Part shown: positions 18,531 to 26,370 of the stretch, piece after piece
How the letters are laid out: every line of letters starts with the position of its first letter
Position numbering within the stretch: the stretch's first letter is position 1
Source: a virus
Taxonomy: Duplodnaviria; Caudoviricetes
Virus record (IMG/VR): IMGVR_UViG_3300033407_000096
Location: 1 to 28,467 of that record
Strand: one strand, 5' to 3'
Length of the DNA stretch: 28,467 nucleotides
The notes under the pieces: generated by a model
Told to the model about the DNA's origin: nothing
The model's input: the letters and a program-made list of their open reading frames with translations, nothing else
The model's database searches: none
Made by a program: the position numbers and the translations under genes

Positions 18531-18581
18531 TGTCGTTCGAGCCGTCCCACTGATCAGGCAGGCCGGCGGCGCGCTATCGTG

Positions 18582-18761
18582 TTACTTCTGCCTCCTCATC
18601 GGCATTTCATCGTCAGCCTTGAAGACAACGTTCTCCGGTTTCTGAGGTTTCGCAGGTACATCCGCCGGTGCCTCCGGCAGATGCCTCAAGCATCGCGGCG
18701 TCCCATCGGGCAAACCGTGACACCACTCGTCACACACCTCACACTTCACCAACTCGCTCAT
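18582..18761 (-). CDS. 59-aa zinc-finger-like protein (CEVC...CLRH)
   Basis: ATGA overlap with the upstream ORF; CxxC/CxxH ligands. Confidence 0.65.
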   Translation of the reverse strand: MSELVKCEVCDEWCHGLPDGTPRCLRHLPEAPADVPAKPQKPENVVFKADDEMPMRRQK

Positions 18762-19135
18762 GACGATGCCACCACCAGAGCCATGTTGTGCCTCGCGCAT
18801 CTGATGGACCCATCCTCGACCGGATCATTGCACGCCGCCCCTAGAATACCAGATATCGGAGCACCACACTTCTTCTTTTCGGACTCATCCTTGAACACTA
18901 TGGACCGATACTCACCGCGGGACGCGAGCATTTCATCAAGGATGAAAGCGAGTGTTCTTCCCTGTGCGCCTATCGCATCCAGTATCAACGGCGTTGCGTC
19001 CATCGGACGAGGCGACAACTGCGCCGCATGCACGAATCTCCTGATGGACGCGGACTGAGCGAGATTGATAGCAACCATCTCCCGCGCCGACTGTGTGTGC
19101 TGGTCCGGCTTCGGCTTCCCGTTTCCTTCGGACAT
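18758..19135 (-). CDS. 125-aa protein with C-terminal CCCH zinc-finger-like motif
   Basis: AAGGAGG RBS; C-x11-C-x10-C-x2-H. Confidence 0.72.
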   Translation of the reverse strand: MSEGNGKPKPDQHTQSAREMVAINLAQSASIRRFVHAAQLSPRPMDATPLILDAIGAQGRTLAFILDEMLASRGEYRSIVFKDESEKKKCGAPISGILGAACNDPVEDGSIRCARHNMALVVASS

Positions 19136-19395
19136 CACGCCGTCCTCCTTCTGACTCTCGCCTCCTGACATAGAGCACAACGCGCCTGATACAACGTCCC
19201 CTTCGGCATGCCGTTAGAAAACGTGAAGTACGGCTTCATCAGCAAAGGGTTTCTGATTGAACTCGCCGCGCAGCAATCACCGCACTTCTGCGGCAGCGGA
19301 CCTTCAGGGAACATCACATCCTCCACCGACAACCCTGATTTCTCGTCGCTGCTGATGTTGCGATGCTTGTACCTTGGGCTGAACACCGAGATCAC
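19135..19395 (-). CDS. 86-aa zinc-ribbon-like protein (CGDC...CALC)
   Basis: GTG 19395 overlaps the upstream stop, AAGGAG upstream; two CxxC. Confidence 0.65.
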   Translation of the reverse strand: MISVFSPRYKHRNISSDEKSGLSVEDVMFPEGPLPQKCGDCCAASSIRNPLLMKPYFTFSNGMPKGTLYQARCALCQEARVRRRTA

Positions 19396-19619
19396 TTGCC
19401 CGGCTCCTTGACGCGCTCCTGTACCTGACCGCAAGTGGCGCAGTGTATTTTCGCCTTCGAGGATAGAACCGTCAGGGATGCGTTGGCCGAATGGCAATTG
19501 TGACAGACGATCTCGAATCCCATCGGCCTCGGCACCAACTCATCAACGATCTGGAACTCCCCATCTTCAGGTTGGTCTTCCACCATCGAGATCGAACTAC
19601 GACCTCTCTCGCTCTTCAT
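19392..19619 (-). CDS. 75-aa zinc-ribbon-like protein (CHNC...CATC)
   Basis: AGGAGG RBS before ATG 19619; two CxxC. Confidence 0.7.
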   Translation of the reverse strand: MKSERGRSSISMVEDQPEDGEFQIVDELVPRPMGFEIVCHNCHSANASLTVLSSKAKIHCATCGQVQERVKEPGK

Positions 19620-19923
19620 TCTTCTGCCTCCTGAGTTCTTCCTCAACCTGCATCCTTCCGAAGTGCATCATCGCCTCGCGGCGGTTGATAAGATCCGCCT
19701 TGAGACGCTTTCCGAAACCGAAGAACCCGTCATCATTCAATCCCATCAGTTCCTTAGCGTCAAGACCTTGCTCAACCAATTTCCTGATCTTCTCTACCGC
19801 TAGAGCAGTGTACTTATGCAGCACGGCGGCATACATCTGCTCGTGCGCCGTCAACTCTGTGTCGATTCGAGCCAGACGTAAGACCTTCCTCTCCGTCTCT
19901 GTGGCTTCCCGCCGTCCAGAGTT
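19597..19923 (-). CDS. Portal C-terminal extension (108 aa), probably reached by -1 frameshift
   Basis: The -1 frame is open from the A9 run: NSGRREATETERKVLRLARIDTELTAHEQ...FGRMQVEEELRRQK; helical, protein-like. Confidence 0.68.
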   Translation of the reverse strand, partial: NSGRREATETERKVLRLARIDTELTAHEQMYAAVLHKYTALAVEKIRKLVEQGLDAKELMGLNDDGFFGFGKRLKADLINRREAMMHFGRMQVEEELRRQKNEERERS

Positions 19924-21368
19924 TTTTTTTCCGTGAGGCCAAAAGACCGCCCTGCACTGTCGTCTCTCGGGTCTTCGACATCCGTAGGTGTAGGACTGTC
20001 AGGACGCCCCCCGAGGTTCGGGACGCGCTCGCCAACCGACTTGATACGATTGAACTCATCTGCGGACAAATCGGGAACACCGAGAGACTTCCTCACGTAA
20101 TTCTCGACCGAAAGATCATGCACAAGACTTCCCTTCTGGACCGCGTCCAGTATGTTCGGGACGTTGTCCAGTTGCTCTGTTGGGCTTACTCTCGATCCGA
20201 CGATCTTCGTATATCCCTCTTCTCCTGGCGGGCCGAAGTTCTCATCTTCGAGCTCCTCCGTCAGTCCACGAGTGTTACCAGCACCGTGATTGATCTGGTC
20301 CTGCACCCACTGACGAATAGCGTCCAGTTCCTGCATGTAATTGACCATGAGCACAGACCCAGTAGCCCGCGAACCGCTCTGAGTCTGACCCTGTTGCTGG
20401 AAATCCGTACCTGACGCCGCCGCTATCTCCATGTTTTTACCGTCGATGATTGGAGTTGAATCCAGCGTCGTGCCTGAACTCACGAGAAAACCGACTTTCT
20501 GACCTGGAGATCGGACCACGTAAGCCCTCTCCTTAGACCCACCGCGCAAATCCTCTGCTATCTTCTTGAGCGTCTCCGCTGCCTTCGGCCCGTCTCCGGG
20601 CGCTAGTTCCACATCCGGGATCCCAACACCTCGGTTCTGCAAGTCGATCATCTGTATCTTCGCTGCGAGATCCTTCTCGGTGTACGCGCGGTACATCGAA
20701 CGGATCATCGGCACACCCTCCCAGTTGTCTCCGGCCATCCACCACACCACAGGGAACACGTCGGATATCGGTATGCGCTCGTCAAACACAGGAGACAGGT
20801 TCGGCAGTCGATATGACCTGTGAACAGCTACGAGGCGCACACCGTTTTCGTCCCACTCCCACGGACCCTGCGGCCCTCCCAGGCTTCTAGGATGTAAATA
20901 CGTCAGGCGCCGGAAAATCATGTAGCCGTCAACGATCTCCCTGGTCTTGCCGAATAGGCTCACCCCATACTGAAGACTCAGCAACGACTCGAATAGTCTC
21001 TGCGTCCACGAAGTCTCACACCAATACCGAGGATCTCCCTGACGCAGTAAGTTCGACGCCACGATCTCGCGCGCTTCATCTCGCCCACCCTCTGCCTTCC
21101 ATCTGACAGCCGATATGATCGGTAGGATATTCGCCCGGAGCACCGCCGCTATCTTCGCGTCGTTCCCCATCCGCTGGTACAGGTCGATACGACCCGGCCA
21201 CGACTTCAGGGCGGGGACATATTCCTCATCCATCCGCATGAGGTCGATGCGGAAGCCCGTAGCAAAACCCCTGGAAGATGCGTTCACCTGCTGGAGCATG
21301 ACTTCGTGGGATTCGCGCTGCTTGCGCGTGAGGCGGGGAGGCGTCTTTCTCTTCGCTGCGGTTGCCAT
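19851..21368 (-). CDS. Portal protein (Mu gp29/DUF935-like)
   Basis: LYQRM..DAKIAAVL, LQYGVS, NWEG.PMIRSMY and GSRATG motifs; directly after terL. Confidence 0.9.
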   Translation of the reverse strand: MATAAKRKTPPRLTRKQRESHEVMLQQVNASSRGFATGFRIDLMRMDEEYVPALKSWPGRIDLYQRMGNDAKIAAVLRANILPIISAVRWKAEGGRDEAREIVASNLLRQGDPRYWCETSWTQRLFESLLSLQYGVSLFGKTREIVDGYMIFRRLTYLHPRSLGGPQGPWEWDENGVRLVAVHRSYRLPNLSPVFDERIPISDVFPVVWWMAGDNWEGVPMIRSMYRAYTEKDLAAKIQMIDLQNRGVGIPDVELAPGDGPKAAETLKKIAEDLRGGSKERAYVVRSPGQKVGFLVSSGTTLDSTPIIDGKNMEIAAASGTDFQQQGQTQSGSRATGSVLMVNYMQELDAIRQWVQDQINHGAGNTRGLTEELEDENFGPPGEEGYTKIVGSRVSPTEQLDNVPNILDAVQKGSLVHDLSVENYVRKSLGVPDLSADEFNRIKSVGERVPNLGGRPDSPTPTDVEDPRDDSAGRSFGLTEKKTLDGGKPQRRRGRSYVWLESTQS

Positions 21369-22969
21369 CAGTACACAGCACTCATGATGTCGCCAGGAAA
21401 CTCACTCTCATCCCTGCGATAATCCAGACCGGAACACTCACCAGAGGGACGCGCCGCATCGTTCATAGACGACAAATCAACGTTACCAGCCATCGGCAAC
21501 ATATGCATGACCATCCTCGAAACTACCGTCGCAGCATCGTCATAGCACCCAACACGCCTCGGGGCCTCAACGACATAATGCCCCGGACTCGTCTTTCTTG
21601 CAACCAGCCCCTTCAGATCCTTCACGACGATTGGATCATCAGGCAGACTCACCAGCCTGGACCTCAACGCCGCCCTTAGATTCTTCATCGCGTCGAACTT
21701 CTCCGGCTTCGTCGCCGGCTGCTCCACGAACATGATGCCAACATCCGCAAAACGGTTCTTCAACGGCACATCCGCGAACTGGTCACCGCATATACGGTCG
21801 CACCCATACGCCCGCAGATCCGACACTATCTCTGAGATAATCTCACCCTCATCCAGAGGCCGAGACTTCTTCCCCTTGCGATGCACCGGCGTCCAGTGCC
21901 GCGTGTGATCAACCACCGCCCGCACGACACCATCCCCCTCTTCCGCGTGGCCTATCCCGAAAGAAAAACGGTCCCGGCGGAACGCTGCATCCATCCACGC
22001 CACGTATTCGACTCCAGCCTTCGGTGCGTTCTGCAACCGCCCAAAATCAACGCACTGATCCACCGTCTCAGGAGGCAGAAATATGTTCCCACCAGCACCC
22101 CTCGAAAACTGCGCCCCGTAATCCCTCACGAACGCCTCCGCGTCCTTCTCCTGCTCACGGTCGAAAAACTCCTGCTCAATACTCGGATTCAACACCCACG
22201 TCGGCGCCTGAACCACAAGAGTCTTCCCAGTACCTCGATGCTTGAACTCCTCCCACAACACTCCCTGCTCATCGTTCGGACTCGAAATCAAAATCTTCTT
22301 CGGCCTGAGCCTCGACAACGTCGCAAAACGAGAACGCGCAGACCTCATCACCTCAACATCCTGGTTGTACGAACCCTCTGCACTCTCCCACCACGCGATC
22401 TCGTCCGCCACCAAACACAGCCCCGTCAGACCACGAGTGCTCGCCTTACTCGCCGTGTAGATCGCTATCTCCACCGGCCACGATAACTTGATCACAACCC
22501 CTGTGATCGCACGCTCCTGACCCACCGTCCGAGCCAACACCGGATGACCACGATCCTCCAACGTCTGCAAATTCCCCTCAATGTAACCACGAGCCTGACG
22601 CGCCGCTCGCTGATTCTGAGCTATCACCATCACCGTAGCCAACTGACCAGGTATCATCATCTCCGATATCACAGGACCCCACCTCACAGACTCATACGTC
22701 GCAACCACCGCCGCGAGATCCGTCTTACCTCCCCGCGTCCCAACAACCAACACCGCATCCTCGTAACCACGAGGATCAGGACGACGCCCATCCGTCATCT
22801 CCAAAAACGACAGCAGCTCCTCACGACTCATCTCCTCACCGTACAGGGCCTTCAAAATAGCTACCTGCGCCGGCGATAAATAATCCTTCCCCAGATACTG
22901 AGACGACATCGCAAACTCCACTATCCCTATCTGTACAGGTCGCGGCGGGCGGATTCGCGTGTCCGTCAT
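21368..22969 (-). CDS. terL: Terminase large subunit
   Basis: Walker A GTRGGKT, Walker B LVADE, coupling motif ISSP, nuclease acidic residues (WMDAA...D, GDQF, YDDAA). Confidence 0.93.
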   Translation of the reverse strand: MTDTRIRPPRPVQIGIVEFAMSSQYLGKDYLSPAQVAILKALYGEEMSREELLSFLEMTDGRRPDPRGYEDAVLVVGTRGGKTDLAAVVATYESVRWGPVISEMMIPGQLATVMVIAQNQRAARQARGYIEGNLQTLEDRGHPVLARTVGQERAITGVVIKLSWPVEIAIYTASKASTRGLTGLCLVADEIAWWESAEGSYNQDVEVMRSARSRFATLSRLRPKKILISSPNDEQGVLWEEFKHRGTGKTLVVQAPTWVLNPSIEQEFFDREQEKDAEAFVRDYGAQFSRGAGGNIFLPPETVDQCVDFGRLQNAPKAGVEYVAWMDAAFRRDRFSFGIGHAEEGDGVVRAVVDHTRHWTPVHRKGKKSRPLDEGEIISEIVSDLRAYGCDRICGDQFADVPLKNRFADVGIMFVEQPATKPEKFDAMKNLRAALRSRLVSLPDDPIVVKDLKGLVARKTSPGHYVVEAPRRVGCYDDAATVVSRMVMHMLPMAGNVDLSSMNDAARPSGECSGLDYRRDESEFPGDIMSAVY

Positions 22970-23135
22970 CGTGGTGTCCGCGTCCCGGAGGAAACCGCGC
23001 CGGAAATTTTACTGGAGTGGATGCGCGCCGGGCCGGCGGCGCCAGTAGAGTGCAGAACCTCAACACCGATGGAGCAGCACAGGCTACTAGGTGTGGTGGT
23101 ACTCATGGACCTAGGCACTCTAGGTAGTGGTCAGA

Positions 23136-23163
23136 AGTTGACATAATACCCGGTATCGGACAC
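23136..23163 (-). other. dif: XerCD dif-like recombination site
   Basis: GTGTCCGATAC-CGGGTA-TTATGTCAACT: 11-6-11 architecture; XerD arm close to TTATGTTAAAT/TTATGTCAAGT; XerC arm ends GATAC rather than ATAA. Confidence 0.8.
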
Positions 23164-23201
23164 CAACTAACGCCTCGAAACGCCTTTCCACGCGCACACT
23201 T

Positions 23202-23630
23202 TCATTGAGACTCCGCCATTGGCTCACCCACCAACGGCCTCGCCTCGGTTGCCCGGTCCCCTGGCTCTAGCCGAGGATCGGGTCTCGGTGGAGCCGTAAA
23301 TATGCTGGTTTTAGCGTGTTTGCCCTTACGTTTGTCGGAGCCCATGACTCTGAGGCATTTACGCAGGAGTTCACCGAGAACGCGGCGGGTTTGGATGTCT
23401 GGTGTATCCGTTGTTGAGGTGATGGCTGCGTAGGTGACGTGCGCCCATTCGGCGTAGGTTGCGATGGTTTCTGCTGCGACGGCTCTTTGTCTTGGGTCGT
23501 CGGCGACGAGGGTGAGTAGGCGTTTGGCGAAACCTTCGATGTGTAGTTTTGTTTGGTGTGAGAATCGGCGGTTGTCGCGGATGGCGTGTAGGACGAAGTT
23601 GACTGGGTCGCCGGTCCATGCATTGGCCAT
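23202..23630 (-). CDS. Putative terminase small subunit
   Basis: 142-aa helical protein with basic C-terminal region, first gene upstream of terL; assignment by position only. Confidence 0.55.
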   Translation of the reverse strand: MANAWTGDPVNFVLHAIRDNRRFSHQTKLHIEGFAKRLLTLVADDPRQRAVAAETIATYAEWAHVTYAAITSTTDTPDIQTRRVLGELLRKCLRVMGSDKRKGKHAKTSIFTAPPRPDPRLEPGDRATEARPLVGEPMAESQ

Positions 23631-23637
23631 GTGGCCC

Positions 23638-23666
23638 AGTGTGTCTGATGTTGGGAGTTAGGTCAA
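23638..23666 (-). promoter_or_regulatory. Putative late promoter producing a leaderless mRNA
   Basis: TTGACC-17 nt-CACACT, 7 nt before ATG 23630; no SD sequence. Confidence 0.55.
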
Positions 23667-23799
23667 GTGGGGTAAGCGTTGGTGCGTGGTGACTCACGTG
23701 GTCTCAGGGGGTTTGTATAGGCAGAAACGAGCAGAAAACTTCGAGTGCCATTTCTACCTATGATTCCGACGAACGGCACGTTTTTTCGTTTGGTTCTTT

Positions 23800-24158
23800 G
23801 GAGGAAGGGCGTCGTCGAACTGCGGCGGCGTAGCGGACAGCCGCAGTTGACGGACGCCGGACTGTGGATGTATCTGACCGTGTAACTCGTTTGTTTGTGT
23901 GGGTTTGACGTGCGCGCGCAGCGCGCCTTAAGATGAACTGCAATAAGGATGCGCGCGGGTGCAAAAGTCCTTTCCTCGCTCTCCCCTTGCGGGGGCTCGT
24001 CACGGACTTTTGCGCGCTTCAAGGGAAGGGGTGCAGGGGAAACCAATTCGGAGTGCTTGTCAAGTGTCTTGAAACATGGCTTTGAGCGCGGTGTTTCAAG
24101 GTATGGGAAAAACGGAAGTTTGCAATTTGACCGTTGCGCTGTTTGCAAACTTAGTTTT
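23800..24158. other. Putative replication origin region
   Basis: No convincing gene; inverted repeats 23808-23858, 23961-24013 and 24068-24100; repeated TGCA(A); directly downstream of the helicase gene. Confidence 0.5.
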
Positions 24159-25568
24159 TCAGGCTGATTTGACGCGGTACATGGCCTTGTGGCCGTCGCG
24201 CATCCGCTCGGTCTTGCCGCGGGCGAGCAGGGCGGCGAGGGCTCCGTCAACGGTCCTGGCGCTCATGCCGGAGCGTCCGATGATCTCGCCGCGCTGGTGC
24301 CACTCGCCGTCCTGCAGGATGACGAGGATGGAGTCCTGTGAGGCGTCGGAGGCGGTGTCGAGGGGTCCGACGTAGGAGGCTGCCACCGGGCCTTTCGGGT
24401 CCGCGTCGGCCTCGAATCCGGTGAAGTGGACGAGGAAAGGTAGCAGCGGGGTGCCGCGGTGTCGGCCTTTGGTTGGGTGGATGACGATTTCCTCGTCGCG
24501 GCGTTCGGTGCCGACGACGAGGTCCGCGAGGGCGAATTTGTCGCCGCTGCCACGGACGCGCTGGTCGGGTTCGTTGAGGGTTTCGTCAGCCGACTTTTTC
24601 CTGTAGTGGTCGATCAGGACGATTGCCGCGCCGGTTTCGGCCCTGAGAGGGTCCAGGGCGTTGAGGAATAGGCTGTTGCTGGTGTCGCTCTCGTTCTCTG
24701 AGCCGAGGAATGTCCGGCGCATGGAGTCGATGATGAGAACCTCTGAGCCCCATTTCCTCACGCTCTGGATGAGGGATTCGAGGTGTTCTGGGATGTCGAG
24801 TCGGATGCGTTCGCGCACGATGTCGATGCGGTCGGCGGTGTCCGTGGGGTCGACTCGCATGCCGAGTGCGAGGCGGTGGAGGCGCTGGTCGATTTCCCAC
24901 GGGCGGGATTCGAGGTCGACGACGGCGACCCGATAGGGGCGGATGCACGGGAGGTAGTCCCAGAGTGGGCGGCCGTCGGCCATGCAGAGGGCGACGTAGA
25001 GGGATATCCACGATTTGCCTGTGCCGCCGGCGCCGGCCAGGAGAGCGATGTCCCCGAGGCATAGGAATCCCTCGACGGCCCATGGTGTCTCCGGGATGGG
25101 TCGTGCGAGGACGGCGCTGAGGGGTTCGGACGCCAGGATGCGTGCTGCCATGTCGGGCGGGGCGTCGGCGAGTTCGGCGATCATCTCGGCGATGATGTCG
25201 TCGGAGAGGCCGTTCGCGGCGCTCTCGTGGATGCGGCCGGCGATGGAGCCGATCTTGCGGCGCCAGGCGCCGCGGACGACCTGCTGGGCGTACCAGGCGA
25301 CGGAGGAGGATTTGACCACCCCGTCGAGCATGGCGCTGAGGGCCACCTTGTCGCGGTTGTCGAGGCCGAGATGCCGCGCCAGGGCGATGATTTCGATGGG
25401 TTGTCCGGCGGCTGTGAGGGAGAGGATTCCGGTGTAGACGCGGGAGGTGAGGTCGCCGGCGAAGTGGTCGGGTCTGAGGCGTGTGATGTCGGCGAGGCGC
25501 GCGGGGTCGAGGATGACGGCTGCTACGACGGCGCGCTCGCAGTCGGCGGGGTAGGCTGCTGGGTCCAC
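24159..25568 (-). CDS. Replicative helicase: DnaB N-terminal domain + RecA-like AAA (AAA_25/RepA-like) + C-terminal winged HTH
   Basis: ERAVVAAVILDP...LRPDHF (DnaB_N), Walker A GAGGTGKS, Walker B LIIDS, H.RK...RGSG motif, HTH-like SARTVDGALAAL..G. Confidence 0.87.
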   Translation of the reverse strand: MDPAAYPADCERAVVAAVILDPARLADITRLRPDHFAGDLTSRVYTGILSLTAAGQPIEIIALARHLGLDNRDKVALSAMLDGVVKSSSVAWYAQQVVRGAWRRKIGSIAGRIHESAANGLSDDIIAEMIAELADAPPDMAARILASEPLSAVLARPIPETPWAVEGFLCLGDIALLAGAGGTGKSWISLYVALCMADGRPLWDYLPCIRPYRVAVVDLESRPWEIDQRLHRLALGMRVDPTDTADRIDIVRERIRLDIPEHLESLIQSVRKWGSEVLIIDSMRRTFLGSENESDTSNSLFLNALDPLRAETGAAIVLIDHYRKKSADETLNEPDQRVRGSGDKFALADLVVGTERRDEEIVIHPTKGRHRGTPLLPFLVHFTGFEADADPKGPVAASYVGPLDTASDASQDSILVILQDGEWHQRGEIIGRSGMSARTVDGALAALLARGKTERMRDGHKAMYRVKSA

Positions 25569-25571
25569 GGC

Positions 25572-25745
25572 CTAGCCCTTGTCCTGAGGGCCGTCTTGGT
25601 GCGCGTTCGCCTCTCCTGTCGCGATTGTGGGATTCGCCTCTGAAAGCCTTGACTGGCGTGGATTATCAGGCTCGTTTCCTATTCTCACGCCGAAATAGAT
25701 AGCCATGCCGTCGCGCTCGCACCGCAACCAGACTGTGCGTGCCAT
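25572..25745 (-). CDS. 57-aa hypothetical protein (MARTVWLRCERDG...)
   Basis: TGATG overlap with the upstream gene; stop 3 nt before the helicase start. Confidence 0.5.
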   Translation of the reverse strand: MARTVWLRCERDGMAIYFGVRIGNEPDNPRQSRLSEANPTIATGEANAHQDGPQDKG

Positions 25746-26002
25746 CAGTGCGTCTCTGGGGGCGGTCCGGCCTCTGCCACGGCGGAGCTGAAGAGGCGTG
25801 CGCGGCGATCGAGTTCGGCGGGCGTGAGGCCGGCGAGTTCGGCGAGGTCCTCGAGGTAGGTGACGGCGAGGCGGTAGGTGTTGGGGTCTCGCATGGAGAC
25901 GGCACCGGTGCCGGTGTGGGCTCGGGCGATGAGGTCGCGGAGGATGATGGCTGCGTCGCGGGCTCGCTGTTTCGGGCTCAGGATGTCGGGTTTTTTTGCC
26001 AT
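25745..26002 (-). CDS. 85-aa hypothetical protein
   Basis: GGAG RBS; first gene after the leftward promoter. Confidence 0.65.
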   Translation of the reverse strand: MAKKPDILSPKQRARDAAIILRDLIARAHTGTGAVSMRDPNTYRLAVTYLEDLAELAGLTPAELDRRARLFSSAVAEAGPPPETH

Positions 26003-26102
26003 GTCGTCTCCGTAGGCGAGAGGGGGAGCAGGGGGGCGGATGGCCTACCCGGACCGGGCGGCCCGGCACCCGCCCCCGAATCATGCTCCACTGTTCCCCC
26101 TG

Positions 26103-26132
26103 TTGATACCACGCGCCGCGCGGGCGAGTCAA
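26103..26132 (-). promoter_or_regulatory. Leftward sigma70-type promoter
   Basis: TTGACT-18 nt-TATCAA with TG extended -10 element. Confidence 0.6.
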
Positions 26133-26176
26133 CGGGGCTGGATCTGCGCGCCATGCGTGCGCTATCATCTGGCCCC

Positions 26177-26344
26177 ATGAGCAAACCACTCTCAGAGCAC
26201 GCCGCCGCGATGGCCCGGGCGCGGTGGGCGAAGACGACGCCGGAGCAGAGGTCCGAGGCGGGGCGGCACGCCGCTCATCTTGGATGGAAAAAGAGGAAGC
26301 GCGGCCGAAAGCGCGCGTCCCGCAAGCGAAAGCGCGAGTTGTAA
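26177..26344 (+). CDS. 55-aa basic peptide (AR.AK.TPEQRSE.AR.AA..W type), probable DNA-binding regulator
   Basis: MSKPLSEHAAAMARARWAKTTPEQRSEAGRHAAHLGWKKRKR...; TATCAT -10 box 8 nt before ATG, no SD sequence. Confidence 0.72.
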   Translation: MSKPLSEHAAAMARARWAKTTPEQRSEAGRHAAHLGWKKRKRGRKRASRKRKREL

Positions 26345-26370
26345 AAGTTTCGCCTCCATCCGATTTCCCC

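Larger units (their letters stand above)
18585..19632. repeat. 12-bp direct repeat CTTCTGCCTCCT at 18585-18596 and 19621-19632
   Basis: Exact match; both copies read RRQK (AGG AGG CAG AAG) on the minus strand and bracket four small ORFs. Confidence 0.7.

Noticed and set aside
18481-19620. Self-splicing intron or ribosomal bypass joining the portal extension to MuF
   Set aside because: No group I/II core motifs or homing endonuclease/RT; the interval is filled with SD-led ORFs, and stops follow the second repeat copy.
15321-21368. Mu-like head genes implying a transposable phage
   Set aside because: No transposase, MuB or Mor/C genes in the window; replication appears helicase/origin-based.
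23663-24250. 195-aa and 81-aa minus-strand ORFs after the helicase
   Set aside because: No RBS, atypical composition, overlap palindromes better explained as an origin.
25991-25997. A AAA AAA heptamer at codons 2-4 of 25745..26002 with an open -1 frame to 25572
   Set aside because: The -1 product is P/R/H low-complexity shadow sequence; A-rich codons are common just after start codons.
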